Source of the DNA: Carcharhinus longimanus
Taxonomy: Eukaryota
Assembly (NCBI GenBank): GCA_030264375.1
Contig: JASCQW010000001.1
Location: 110,058,445 to 110,122,444, forward strand
Length of the DNA: 64,000 nucleotides
Direction of reading: 5' to 3'
The notes under the pieces were generated by a model, which saw only the letters and a program-made list of their open reading frames with translations, was not told where the DNA came from and searched no databases. The position numbers and the translations under genes were made by a program. Below, one piece after another: positions 50,696 through 64,000 of the stretch; positions within the stretch are counted from its first letter, which is position 1, and each line of letters begins with the position of its first letter.

Positions 50696-52624
50696 ATTTA
50701 CATGGCCATATAGTTGTTTGCAAGCCTTGCAGGATGTGACACAAACACTGTTGCAATCTACTTACAGAACTGAACCCACTTTATGCATTATTATTCTGCA
50801 GGTATATTGTACAGGGTTTATACACACAGTTGTGAGGGAGAAGCACAACACAATGTTTCATTTGTTCTCCTTCCATTCACAGCACTGATTGCTCCCTCCT
50901 CCAACCCTTATTTCTCTTCCCAAAGTGTGATTCCCAGAAAGACCACCATAAAGAAGTGTGCAATGCCAGTAGCCTCCTTAAGACTTCAGAATCTGCAGCA
51001 ACGACTACAAGCACTTTCAGTTTAAGCTACTAAAAACCACAAAATAATGGAAAGGGTCCGTCTAAATTTTTGAGAAAAGACACATGAGGAATAATAGACA
51101 ACCATTCAGCATGTCAGGTCTGTTCTGTACATGGGCTTCTCTGCTATAGAATTTACAAAAAGCTTGACATTTCTCCATGTTCTCTGGACTTTTTGTGGCA
51201 CATACATCGACTGTGATCAAAATGACAGGTGATCAAGCTGATACTATACTTAAGCTAATGATAACCTGATCCAACACAGATTAAGTAATCAATCACAGAG
51301 GTCAGAGTGCCCACTTATTGCTGCTTCTGATTTTCCAGTCTTAAAAAATCATTGCTGGAAAATCCAAGATCTAAAGAGATAGGAACAGAGGTTTCTGCAT
51401 CCAGTTCTCGGATCTGCATTCCCTTTCACCAAGACTGAATAGGAGTCAACTTTAAAGCTATATAGCCAGTAACTGCAGTGTTAAATTTATACTATTGAAG
51501 ACAATTTATACATTGTTGAAATGAATGCCTCGAGGCCACTGTTAACCTATAGTTTTGCACGGGTTATATAATATGATTAGTTTGTTCACTTCAAGGCAAT
51601 GGAATTGCAGCTGTCTCATGGGCCTGTGTGAGTCACAAAATCAAATTAATTGTAGTAATGGATGTGAATGTGTGATGTGTCTCTGTAGGGTGGTTGATTT
51701 TGTGGCAACTGGGGATGATCAATTTTCCGGCAGTTTGCCAGAAAATTGTGCACATTATAATCACGTCAGGGTATGCAGCAAAAGAATATAAATGGATAGA
51801 AAGTTAGATGGGTTTCTTGACAAGTATGTGATCCTCGCTTTTAGACTTTGTTCTATGAAGGATGATCAGCTGATCCAATATCTCAAGGGCAGGAACAGAA
51901 AAATCTACAGCCAGGTCTCAAAATTGTTTTCAATGCTAAAGTACTTCAATGCAATGCCAGTCATCATTGCGTATTGCTGCACCTAAAAAAGTATGGGCAA
52001 AGTGGATTTAAACCTCATTTTTGCTCAATAGAGTGACATGGAATGACAGCACCTGCGACAGGAAAGGAGAAGTAGGAAGGCTAACTGTGCCTGAAAAACA
52101 TTATTCCCTTCCTTTCCAGATAATCACAGGGTGTATTAGTAATAACCTGGGAGTTTGGTATATGCCTGCATTGTAAAATCAGTCAGTTGACTGGAATATT
52201 AACAGGAAGTTCACCTGGACTTTCCCATAAAATAGTATTGCTCAGTATTCATCAGTTTATTAATTTTATAAAGCCAAGTTACCCCACATGGATTCCAACT
52301 GAAGACTCATCCTGGAATCCACCCAAGATCACAGATCTCTGAGACATAAAACATTTTTTGCACTGCTGTCCTCACTGCATCCTGAGACCCAATGCTATGA
52401 ATCTCCATATGTACACACTCCAGCAACACTAACTCACCCTATCTCAAAGTTGTCCTTGTCCCCAGTTGCATTTCATTCTTCATCTGATTGACGGTTCTTT
52501 GACAAAACTTTTTTCTCTTCTTTTTAAGTATTAAAGAAAGAAAGCTGAGACAACCTACAACTATCAGCACCCCTCCTTCCTCCCCCTTCCCTTCCCTCTG
52601 ATCCCAGCTCTTCTTATAATTCCA

Positions 52625-53385
52625 GCTCTTGCCTTGTATTCACTTACTCTCTGTCCTTCCCTTCTCCGATGGTGAACGGTCTGTGCTCAGCAAAAGATGC
52701 CATTTTATCCTGTTACGCTCCCACATCAATGAATTGCAGAATTGGCATGGTGCTGAACTCTTCTTCTGTCACCTTCGCCCCCATGCTTACCTCTTTGTGC
52801 AGAAGTCTTCCACCATTCAATGGACCCTTTCACCCACCTCAAGTATTCTCCCTTCACCTGGACCCCTCCCTCTGGTCTCTTACCCACTCTTGACTTTTTC
52901 ATTGAGAACTGTCAGCGTAACATCAGCTGTCTTAATTTCTCTGCTCTCTTCAACCACTCTAACCTGTCTCCCTCAAAACTTGCTGTGCTCTGTTCTCTTT
53001 ATCAAACCTTCTGATAAGGTGCTGTTGTTGTCTGGCATACCAACCTCTATCTTGCTGAGGCTGATTGCCAACTATTAGACACATCTTTCTACCTACCCCA
53101 AACTATAGCCCCACCACCAAATATCAAGCTGTTGTTTCCAGGATGATCACTGACCCCATCTCCTCTGCAAACTTCCATCCACATCCTAAATCCTCATAGC
53201 CCTCCAACTCCATATAGACTGTTTCAACTTCCTCCCTAAAAATCAAACAAGACTCTCCTGGTAGACTCATCATTTCAGCCTATCGCTGTCCAACTGGACT
53301 TATTCCTTCCTATAGTGAGTCTTTTTTTTCCTTCTTGTCCAGTCTCTCCCCATCTACATTTATGATTCTTCTGGTGTAACATTTC
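52625..53385 (+). mobile_element. Penelope-like element, N-terminal/RT-proximal ORF fragment
   Basis: LPFSDGERSVLSK, HINE...AELFF..LR, WTPPSGLLPTLDFFIENC, HSNLSPSKLA.L.SL, IKPSDK.AVVVW, F..LPK..KQDSPGRLIIS: the typical PLE IKPADKG and LPKIHK..PGRPI motifs, frameshifted. Confidence 0.85.
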
Positions 53386-56300
53386 CAACAACTTGTTGAG
53401 AATGTTGGGCAGTGAACAATTGTGTTTTAAACTGACCATTAAATTCCAAGATGAAAGACAGTTGGGCTCTCAAAGATAGTCATTTTTTCTATTTAAACAC
53501 AAGGCCCATTGTGCTGGGGAAGTATGTAAAGGAAATCATTGTAAGGATCAGGTTATAGGCTTTCCTAGAATTATCACAGGCAGTGTTTTCAGTCTGCCTG
53601 GAGCCAGGGAAGGGAGATCAACTAGAGATCAATTGTTTGCCATGAAGGAGTGTGGGTGGAAGCATGAACTTGGAATGAAAAGAATACATTTGTTGGTACT
53701 TAAAACAAGGCTGCAAAAGTAAATTAACTTGGGCTAGAGGGAGAGTCCCTGGGAAAACAAAACCTTACTGTGCAAGGCAGTTCTAAAATTGAAAGTTACC
53801 ATTCTGAGAAAAGAATAGGAATAAACCCTTAGGAGTGAAAAATCATTTTGGATTGATTCTGGGAAAATGAAAGTTCTACATAAAGGACAATGTGACGTAA
53901 ACCTGTGATGTGCATTTTCTTGGACTAAGAAGGGAGGGAATCCCATTCTGTGGTTTAAAATACAAATTGCCTCCAAAAATGGTATTTATTTAAAAGCATT
54001 TTTAATTACTTTTATTTTAACAATCTTCAAGTATGAAACCTTGCTTTTCAGCTATTAACTGAAAGTTCACATTTCTTTTTAAAAGTTATCAGCATCTAAT
54101 GAGATCAAAACAATGAACATTAATTTCATGGGAGCGCTTAATATTTTCCTTAATAACCAAGGAGAATATTTCAAACAAGTAAAATGGAAAAAAAATTGCA
54201 TGCCTGTGATTTTAAAATAACTCTAAATATTGAGAACATTATTGAGATAATTTTCCATTTTTTGCATTCCCAGTGCAGAGCGTCCCACAGCAGGAATGCA
54301 TCTCAGAATACTGAGTGTCGATGATGACATGCCTGTTAAGTGGGCCATCTGATTTTTCATCCATTAATTTACATTCCAACAAGGGCTCCCAGCATACAGT
54401 AGGCAAAAGGAGAACATACAATCATGTAATCTTGACTGCTGTGTGAGTTGTGTCCTCTAACAATGCAGAACGTGAATGAATGATCCCTACCCCGAACCAA
54501 CAGAGCACACAGAATATACAAGATATCACACTGCATGGTCGTCTGCTGGCTGAAATTATGTTAGCTGTCCTGGTTTGAGAAAAGCCCTTGTTTGGATCAA
54601 TGCTGCTTTGACTGATTAAGCTACATTGTCAATACCTTGTCGCTCCCTGACAGGGAAAGCAGAAATACCTATCTACATGGTTATAAACATGTACAAAGCA
54701 TCTCGACAAACATGCACAGAATTACATTCACTCAGGTTCCGAAGAAAGTTTTATTCTTGATGTGAACAAATGGCATTTTTTGCAGTTGAAGATTGGTTTG
54801 CACCAGGTACACTTTTACCAACCACTGCAAAGGAAATCCAATGTGAATGGAATACCTCGCAATGGACTTCAAACCTTTTGCTAGAGTTCAGTTTGACCCC
54901 AGTCCCAGCCACTAACTTTGAATCTAAAGCTACCTCACGATGCAAGCAGTGTGATATAAATGGCCTATTAGTAATTTCATTTCATCTCCGCAGAAAGACC
55001 TTTCGGACTCATTCATGCCTGCAGCTTTCGTTCGTTATGGGCCATTAACAGTTTGGCAGACCATGTGTAATGTAGCAGTTCGTTTACAGTTTGATCTGTC
55101 GTTTAATTAAGGATTGTTTCAGCACTATGTTGTTTGTAACCCACATAGAATAAAAGGCAAAATCACCACCCCGCACCCCCCCCCCTCCCCCCGCCATGCC
55201 TTTCAAAAGCAAACATGTATCAAGAGCCGGTGATATTGCATAACCATTTATTCCAAGACTGTTGGCAGTATACATGCGTTGGAATTCCATAGTCTTTTCT
55301 GTTTCAGATTTAATTGGAAACTGTACCACAATTATTTACTGGAACAGTTTCTTACAACAAATATAATTGTCCCAACACCAATGAGTAATTTCATCTAATA
55401 TTCTGTTCTACAAAGTGCAGCAGAAAACCCAAGACAAATAACCCTGTTGCATTATTTTGAAAAAGAAAACTGTCCAGAAATATTTGAAAATAACAAGTTT
55501 CACTCTGACTGCTATTTGCTTCACGTATTTTCTTTACCTTTTACACAATGCACACTTTTTCTACCCTTGAAAACATTGACATTTCCCAAAATTACAAATA
55601 TTTAATAATTTTATATTATTTTCCTTAATGGTTTTAAGAGCCAGCATTAATAAGCTGGCTTCTCTACTTAATTATGGATCAAGGAACAAAGGGGTTTCCT
55701 CCATGCTTTTTTCAATGTTTACCAGTTTAAAACAAACCCTGGTTAAATATGTGCTGCATCCAAACACAGTCTTGTTATTCTGGCTTGCCCCCTCTATTTA
55801 GATGCACTGACCCAAAAGTAAAACTGATGCATATCCTATGATCTAGGAATTGATGCAATTGTGCTAAACTAGGGTCAGCAGTACATTACTGCAGGATTTC
55901 AGATTGCTTTTTTATCTGCTAACTCAATCATGTCTCAATTGTGATCGAGTTCCAGCCCACTTAGAGAACTGATCAATCAAGCATTTGTACCTATAAAGCT
56001 GCAAAGCGATGTGTAAATTATTTATCGGCTATTTAAGTCAACAACAGTAACTTCCATTTATATAGTGACTGTAATGTACAATATATCCCTAAACATTTTA
56101 CAGAGAAATGGGGCATCAAATTATGGGGGAAAGATAGCTATGTTTTGAATAAGTTGGATTTTATGAGTAGTAGCCTGTGTACACCTCAGATGTGACTTTT
56201 TGGTCCTTTATACCAGTGGGAGATTCCAGTCTCAACAAAGTCAACCCCACAGCACGATTGATGAACCATATAAAATATTGTCGACTTTGGTGGAACCGGA

Positions 56301-58179
56301 AGATCCTATTGACGGTCAATGGGTGAGCCCCCTCCACCAGCAGAAATCCCCAGTCCCTTGTATCTATATTGCATTTTGAATGTTAAATATTTCAGTGTTT
56401 CACAGGACCATTATTAAACACAATTTGACATTGAGGCTCAGAAGGTCTTATAAGAGCGGATGACTAAAAATTTAGTCAGAGAGTGATGGTGGAATTTTCC
56501 CAAAATCTGACAGTATATCAGGTTCAAACTGAAAACCGGTATGCATCTTTGCAGATACACAGCCAGGTTTTCACTGCAGATCTTTTGGCGCTCAGTGCAC
56601 ACAAAATCTAAGTGTATAATCTGTGCTGTCACTCTGGTGGGGCAGGGTCTGATAGAGCTGGTAAGACCAATTCCACGGAGATCTCTAAAGGGAACCCCAA
56701 TCTGCAATAAAAGTAAATGCCCTCCCACCCCCCTTTGGCAATGGCACTGTTTAACCCATAATGTACAATTATCTACATGCCATTCAATGGCTATCTTCAG
56801 GACACTACTGAAGAGAAGATCACTTAAAATATTTGACAAACAGGCTGAAATTTTCCAACTGCTCACACCAATGGGATTCTCAGATCCCACTCAGTGAGCA
56901 GAGATTTGACAGAGTGCCAAACCTTCCGTGCTTATTTGCAGCAGCGGCGAGGTGTGAATGGCCTGAAAATTCCAGCCACAGAATCCCATCTCCAGTGTTT
57001 CCATGAAAACCAGCATTTTAGCAATCAGAAAAGCCTCTCTTTTGTTTAGTTTTTTTCAAGCTAAGGGCCAACATTTCCAAATTGCACTCAGAAAGAGTAC
57101 TACAAAACCACTTGCACAAGAATGGCCATCAGGAAGTGTAGTGTGATGCACCACTAAAAAGATGAGTTTCATGTTCTCCAGGTAACCTAAGGTTGGAGCT
57201 AAGTACACGTTTAGCTACATTTAATTTTCCTAATGTCATATTTCTTTTCTAAGTATTTTCTACTTCAGTATGTTTCCTCATAATACTTAACTCCAGTACA
57301 TCAAGAGTAGCATCTTATCTAGTTTGAGTGTGTAACCAGTTCAACTGAACATTCAAGCTTCACAACTGCTCTGCCTTTTCCTTAGGTATAACATGATTTC
57401 TCTGCGATGATCTAGTATGATTAACTGGGATGGAAATATCTCTCTCTGAATTGAATTGCTGTTTCAAAGTTATACCAGACCTACTTTACTTAATATCTAA
57501 ATCGATATATTTAAAATTTCCACAAGTTTGACTCTCAATTGTAAATTCTACTCCAATCTTGTTCGTATCACATTTCTCAAATTCCATAGAACTATCCCAT
57601 AAGAAATCATCAACATGCACTGTGAATATGCCTGAAGGTTTTCCAGTAGGTTACCTGTAAAATGTTACGGTATCTGCTTTCAGTTAAACACATCCTATTT
57701 TCTGCAAAACAGATCTCACCGAAACATGTATCTTGGAAATATCAGTCAGGCCTATGAATCATTTGTTTCCTCTCTGTAGTTTCTCTATTGCATCAGCTAT
57801 ATGTGGCCAAAAGAGTGAAACAATTTTTAATATTCATTTTTCAGCAAGTAGAGAATCCACTCCAATATCTGTATACCCTTCACACTCTGAAAGTCTAGAC
57901 TAGAAAGTCTCCTCATCTTAAAAGGTCCCATCCACAAGGAATTTTATAGTACAATTTCACCTGTGCAACAAAATCGGTTCATCCTTATCTTGTACCTTTC
58001 AATAAACTCTAAACTCTCTCCAACTAATTCCTTTGTTTTGCCCTACTTATTAATTGACCTTCGAGTTTATTGGCAACCATCCAAAATTCATAACTAAGAA
58101 CATTTTGTAATACCATAAATCTCCTGAATTAGATTCCATCTCAGATAGTCAGACATATTTTACTATTACTATTATGATT

Positions 58180-59040
58180 CTAAGTACTGGGCGGACTTGA
58201 AACTGGGAGTATTTCAGATCTGACTTTTAGGCCCATTCTCAGGCACCCCCATACGCAGTCTGCCTGCAAAAATATCAGCAATTCTGAATCACAATGCAGA
58301 AGCTTGTGCCCGGGGCTTATCATGCCCAAAATCCTACAGCTGTGATCGGCACCTTTAATTGCGTGTGCGCAGAAAAATAAATGATAGAATGCGACTCCCC
58401 TGCCTCCGCTTCCAGGCTGGATAATGCCTCTCTCTGGTCCCCACAGACATTGCACCATCGCCTCAACTTTACTGACCCCTTATTCCCCCCACCCCTGTCA
58501 CTTAGATTTATTGTGGGCCCTTCCCCTTCCCCCCTCACTGATCTCAGGCAGACAGGCAGCAGAACCCCCCCCTTCTTTCTCCACCAATCTNNNNNNNNNN
58601 NNNNNNNNNNNNNNNNNNNNNNNNNNNNNNNNNNNNNNNNNNNNNNNNNNNNNNNNGGACCCCACCTCCCTCTGACCCCCACCCCACTGATCTCAAGCAG
58701 AGAGCTGTCAGACACTTGGCACTTACCTCCTCACTAACTGGAGTGCCCGAATCAGACTTTTGTACAGCATATCTGTTTCGCGCTGACTTTGGATAGCCAA
58801 ATACGGTGGAAAAGGGGGAGTTGCTGGTAAGATTGGGTGAGCGGCCCATTAAGCAAATTTAAATACATGCAAATGCAGTTAAATGGCCATCACACCCGTT
58901 TTGGGTGCAGTCCCGACCGTGGCCATTTTTGGGTCTTCGTGAAGTGGGAACAGGCGCGGAGGCGGGTGTGGATTTGACTACTCGACTCATGCCCGACTTT
59001 ACCAAGTTTTTGCACCCAAATTGATAAAATTGGGCCCATA
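58180..59040. mobile_element. GC/CpG-rich non-autonomous insertion within the Copia element, probably a DNA-transposon derivative
   Basis: Sharp compositional switch; ends in gataaaattgggccc, like other gggc..aatttt-terminated elements in the window; internal ctgatctcaggcagacag / ctgatctcaagcagagag repeat around an N gap. Confidence 0.45.
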
Positions 59041-59839
59041 ATGTCTCAGCATTCTGTGAATTTTCTCTGTGACCTTAGCCATTGATAAAAGCCCATACTT
59101 TCTGCTTGTAGAACAGTCAAATGTGCAACAAAAATGGAACCAATCCTAATCACTGCTAGAGAAGGAAGACCATCACAATGAATCAAAAACAATGAGGGGT
59201 TTCACCCACAAACTAATTGATAAGGATGATACCCTCCAACCATTTGGAGAGATTATTTACATGAACTGTCACTGCCAGAGTGAATGTCAATTTCTAGCCT
59301 GGTTGATCAACTAAAATTTTATGTACTATTTTGTTGATCACAGTATGCTTCTTTTTGAAAACTATTACTAAAAGGACACACAGCTGCTGTATTTACGACA
59401 TTGATATTTGTGCTTTCACTGAACTCCTCATTAAAATTCACCTCCATTATCAGCCAGAAACCTTGCTGGTGTTCCATGTCACTGTTACTATCCATTTCTC
59501 CATAATTTTGTCTGTAATAAAACTCTTGCCCTTTTTATATATTAGTGCAGCAACACTAAAAATGTTTCCAGGTTAATAAAATGTAAGATGAAAACATTTC
59601 TGTCTCTGTTACACTCCTTTAGGTCCATGGCAACTATCTCGTTGCTGTCACGTGCCAGTGAAAGGCATATCATTGGACATGGCAATATCCTTCGATATTT
59701 TCTACAGATTTCACAATTCTCACTAATCTCTTTGATTAGCCTTGCCGTACTTCTAATCAACTAACCCTGTATCATTTAGCAGAGTGAGCAAATTATCTCT
59801 GCGACTTATCACCCAATGCCATCGAAGCGTGTCTAATAC

Positions 59840-60450
59840 TCAGAATCGTGGAATGGTTACAACACAGAACGAGGTCATTTGATCCATTAAGCCCATGCTG
59901 GCTCTTTGCAAGAGTAACTTAGCTAATTCCACTGTGAACCTGCAATTTCATTCCACTCGACTGCTCATCCTATCTTCTTTTGAATGTTATGATTAAGTCC
60001 GCCTCCACAACCTTTCAAGCAACCCATTCTAGTCTGTAGGCCCTAGTTGCATAAAAAGCTTTCCCTCATCCCTTTGGCTTCTCAACCATTTTGCCCATGG
60101 GAAGAATTTTTCTTTATACACTTTGACTGGCCTCCTCACAATTTTGAGCACTTTTTATCAAATCTCCACTCAACTTTCTCTTCACAAAAGAGAACAAGCC
60201 CAGGTTCTCTAATCCATCCACATAACTGAAATCCCTCATCCCTGTAATCATTCTCATAAATCTTTCCTGTAACCTCTCTAATGCCTTTGCAGGCTTCCTA
60301 AACTGTGCTACCCGGAATTAGTCACAATATTCCATTTAAATTTTTTACAAAGGTTTGTCATAGCTCCTTGATTTTGTATTCCATGTCTCTAGCTATAAAA
60401 CTCATGCCTTTCTATAAAACATATACCTTTTTAACCCACTTTCTAAGCCT
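59840..60450 (-). mobile_element. CR1-clade LINE 3' fragment inside the Copia element
   Basis: agaatcgtggaatggttacaacacagaacgaggtcattt tail plus reverse-complement ORF2 remnants. Confidence 0.65.
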
Positions 60451-61117
60451 ATCATCATCAAACTTTGTTAAGTGGAAACTGACTGGGTAAACTATAGTTC
60501 AGCCGATGTTCTAAAATAATTGCGTTATCATACTCCATGTCAAGATGCATTTGTGCATTCTTCATAAAATGTTTATTCAACAACACAAGTATCTCACCAG
60601 AGACCACATCTGTATGTATAAAATGGTTTACTCCAGTTAACTCACAGGGAATTAAAACTCTCTACAGTTACCTCAAGGTGTCATCACCAAACTTAAAGCA
60701 AGCAGTTTTTTTTATTTCTGAACCTTGCATCAATCCTCATTACTTTATGAATCATGATAACATTTTGACTAATCTGTCCCACAGGCTATTGAAGTATTAG
60801 TACTATCCAGTACAGTTAAAGAAATACACAACTAATGTATTCAAAAGAGGCCTTGATATTTGAAGTTATACCTCAGGTAACTATTAACTGTATCTTGGAC
60901 TTTCCTAGGATTTGTTTGCCTATTATTCCAGTTCCAGTTCTATCCTCTGTACATCTCCTAAAGCTGCTTTCATCTTCATTTTATCTGCCCTTACTCTTTC
61001 CTTTGTATTGACATCTATATCCAATATTAGACAATATTGAAATATGGAAATGATTAAACCTTCCAATCTTTGTGCCACAGAGGTTCCATGAGATCACAGT
61101 GTCCACAAGTATTTTCA

Positions 61118-61450
61118 CAGAATCCCTACAGTGTGGAAGGAGGTCATTCAGCCCATCGGGTCTGCACAGACTCTCTCTGACAGTATACCTTATCCAGGTC
61201 CTTCCCCCTCCCCCCCATCCCTGCATCCCTACACATTTACTATAGCTAATCCATCTAACCTACACATCTTTGGACATTAAGGAGCAATTTAGCATGACCA
61301 ATCTACCTAACCTGCGTATCTTGGAGTGTGGGTGGACACCCATGCAGAAATGGGAAAAATGCGCAGACTCCACACAAACAGTCACCCAGAGCTGGAATTG
61401 AACCTGGGTCCTGGATGCTGTAAGGTAGCAGCGCTAACCACTATGCCACA
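61118..61450 (-). mobile_element. HE1-type V-SINE inside the Copia element
   Basis: Reverse complement of the family consensus. Confidence 0.88.
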
Positions 61451-63129
61451 TTTCATCCAATAGCCTTCTTCTTCAAGAACCAAACACAAGCTAATAGTAC
61501 CTGCTCATATGAGATTCTTTAGCACAATCCAGCAACTTAAAATACAGTACATACCTACAGACCCCAAACTGAACTTAGTCAATCTTTCATACAATCTGTT
61601 AAAGTCCATGATCTATCCTTACATGGAATGACTATATGCTTTCTGAAAGCTATCAAGTTCAGACCATGCTGATGGGCATTTAACATATCATCTTTCTTGT
61701 AGATAGCATTCAGGAATTATTTTAATAAGTGCATATCTTCATCAGCATCCAACTTATGGATATTTATTTCACAAAATACTTTGTTTCTGATTTTACTTCT
61801 TGTCAGAAGTGATGGCCCCAAGGCCATAACCTGTTTTCTATTTGGTATTGTGTTAACCCATGGCCACATATCAACTTCATTCTTCACTGATAATACAGTT
61901 TAGAGTGTTAAATCATCAGACCGTGATCATTTAAACTTTCCATTTCCATAATGACCGCTAGGATTTTCATTTTGTGTTTGGAAATTGTCTTTGTAGTTTC
62001 CATACTTTACCTTTAGTCTACCATGTTCTATTTCAGATATCCAGGTGAAGGTTAAAATTGGACCTAATCATTACATACACGTTGCTTTATAGTTATTGAT
62101 ACATGGCTGTGCATAATGATTGTGCATTACATTGCATAATGATTGTACATTGACGAAACTGTTCCCATTGATTCATACACTTTCCTGTGCATTCTGCTAT
62201 GAGCACTCATTGGGAGACACAACGTTTCACGCAATGACTGACCGTGTGCCGAGTGATCTATCCGGGGATTGATACAGATGTTGCAGTGACTAATACAATT
62301 GTTCATAGTGACTACTGTGTACAATCAGCAACTCGTACAGATTGTGATCCAGTGCTTAGTACACACCCCGGGAAACAATACACGGAATGGCACACCTTCC
62401 ACCGCCCACCGCCTCCCCCCCAAAAGAATATCAAACAGATTTGTAGAAACTGAAGCACTAATTATCTTGCTCAGAATTACGAGTTCTCCCTGACAATACC
62501 ATTCCCTCCACAACCGTAAGGATGTTTTAGACTGAGGCATTTCGAATTTAATTCCAATGTTGTGGCAATGCCACAGAAACACTTGACTAGAATAACAGAC
62601 AGAATTTACCTTCCGACTCAGCACTGGGTTCCTCAGCAGCCGTGTTCCCTCCTCTCCTGCTCTCAAACCAGCTATCAGCTCCCACTCCTTCACTCTGCCT
62701 TCTCCTCACTTAGCACAAATCTTCAAATCCTTGGGGCTGGAGTGTCAGAGACAGTTAGCGGACTCCACCTATTTAACAGCCCTGTGTAATTTACATCACG
62801 TCCTACCGGATCCCAACCTTCCTGATACAGGAATTGCGAGAGGTCGCCCCGAGACTGGTCCAGTTACAATTTAGTCTCACACAGCCGAAAATATCATTGC
62901 TCCAGAGAGACCTCGCTGGCTGACTAACATTGGGATATTTGCAAACTTTGGTGTTTTGGGCTGACAAGAACATACAGCAGCCCTGTGCACACTAGGTTCT
63001 GGGGCTGGCGGTATAGGGGTATGAGTCCAGGGGCACAGTGCCCAAGTACACAGAAAGCAGAGAGCCTGTGAGCGGCCAGGGGATACAGGATGCAATGATC
63101 AAGGACACATCAACCAGGCACCCACTGGC

Positions 63130-63545
63130 CAGAGCACATTGACCAAAAGAAATGTATACAGCATCATTCTAAAGCACTTCACCAATGAAATGTGGTTACT
63201 ATGGCAATGAAGGAAATGCAGCTGCCAATTTGCAGACAGCAAGCTCCCACAAACAGCAAAGTGATAATGATAATAATTTCTCTGTTGTTGACTGAGGAAT
63301 AAATATTGGTCAGGATACAAGGGATAATCAAACTACTCACTCTGGTTAAATACTGCATTAAGGCTTTTTATATTAAGCAGATGTGAGTGGTTTAATTTCT
63401 CATCTGAAAGATTTGGAAGAGAAGCATGTCTTCAGTACAACACTGGAGCATCAGCCTAGAGTTTATTGCTCAAATCCAGGAGTGGAATTTAAACCCTCCA
63501 GTGACTCAGTGACAAAAGTGCCATTCACTGAGCCATGAGTGACCA
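63130..63545 (-). mobile_element. DeuSINE (SacSINE1-like)
   Basis: Minus strand tggctcagtgaatggcactttt...gggtttaaattccactcc head; ttgctgtttgtgggagcttgctgtctgcaaattggcagctgcatttcc Deu-domain-like block. Confidence 0.7.
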
Positions 63546-63724
63546 TGTGGGACACACTAGCAAGTATATATTGGCCAGGGATAAGTAACTAGGGGATCAG
63601 TGACCAGAGATACATTGGAACAAGAGTAGGCTATAAGGCCCTGTTTAAGTATATCCATGATTCATTTGGTATTACACTCATCCATTAATCACAGCGTTCT
63701 GGAATAAAATCCTAATCACAAAGA

Positions 63725-63940
63725 ATTAAGGCTGACACTCCAGTGAGTACTGAGGGTGTGCTGCAACTTTGGAGATGCTGTCTTTCAGATGAGGCCCATC
63801 TGCCTGCTTGGGTCATGGTAAAATTGTTCATGGAACTATTTCAAAGAGAAGTAGGGAAGTTTTCCCAGTGTCCTGCCCAATAATTATCCATCAACCAACA
63901 TCACACACAAAATAAAACAAATAATCCGGTCATTATCATA
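63725..63940 (+). mobile_element. DeuSINE (SacSINE1-like) fragment, cut by a CR1 tail starting at about 63941
   Basis: ggctgacactccagtgagtactgagggtgtgctgc...tctttcagatgag...agttttcccagtgtcctgcccaata...ggtcattatca matches 14770-14985. Confidence 0.7.
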
Positions 63941-64000
63941 AGAACATAAGAAATAGGAGCAGGAGTAGGCCATCTAGCCCTTCAAGCCTGCCCCGCCATT

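Larger units (their letters stand above)
57050..62030 (-). mobile_element. Ty1/Copia LTR retrotransposon internal region (gag-PR-IN-RT order), decayed and interrupted
   Basis: gag about 61900-61500 (KNEVDMW...KQVMAL..SL..SKIRNKVF...IYKKDDMLNA), protease VLDS at about 60810, integrase ENCEICRKY...NEIVAMDLK...FILHFIN at 59760-59542, RT GIFTVHVDDFLW at about 57600-57630. LTRs not identified. Confidence 0.8.

Noticed and set aside
22505-64000. Upstream NDST exons
   Set aside because: Scanned by eye for VLPRQTCGLF and PHHSGVYP coding sequence and found none; they could only be hidden in N gaps or lie beyond the window.

Overview
Eukaryotic (vertebrate, almost certainly shark/elasmobranch) genomic DNA with several N-gaps. 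Six coding exons of a heparan sulfate N-deacetylase/N-sulfotransferase (NDST3/NDST4-type) lie on the minus strand between 22504 and 2228. All have GT-AG boundaries and consistent phases, and they cover the end of the deacetylase region and most of the sulfotransferase domain. I found no further NDST exon in 22505-64000, so that stretch is read as one intron of more than 41 kb. The rest is a dense, nested transposon landscape: HE1-type V-SINEs, DeuSINE (SacSINE1-like) copies, CR1, Rex1/Babar, Penelope and Tx1 LINE pieces, a fragmented hAT transposase, a Gypsy element with both LTRs that contains a second inverted Gypsy, and a decayed Ty1/Copia element. The most unusual observations are (1) a Tx1 3' end followed by repeated spacer modules enclosing a tandem tRNA-Ile/tRNA-Ser pseudogene pair, (2) short fold-back elements built from two inverted Penelope hammerhead-ribozyme motifs, and (3) an indel-free, CpG-rich 21-bp minisatellite open in three frames near CTCF-like motifs. 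Repeat family names come from my recognition of motifs, not from a database search; repeat boundaries are approximate unless stated otherwise.
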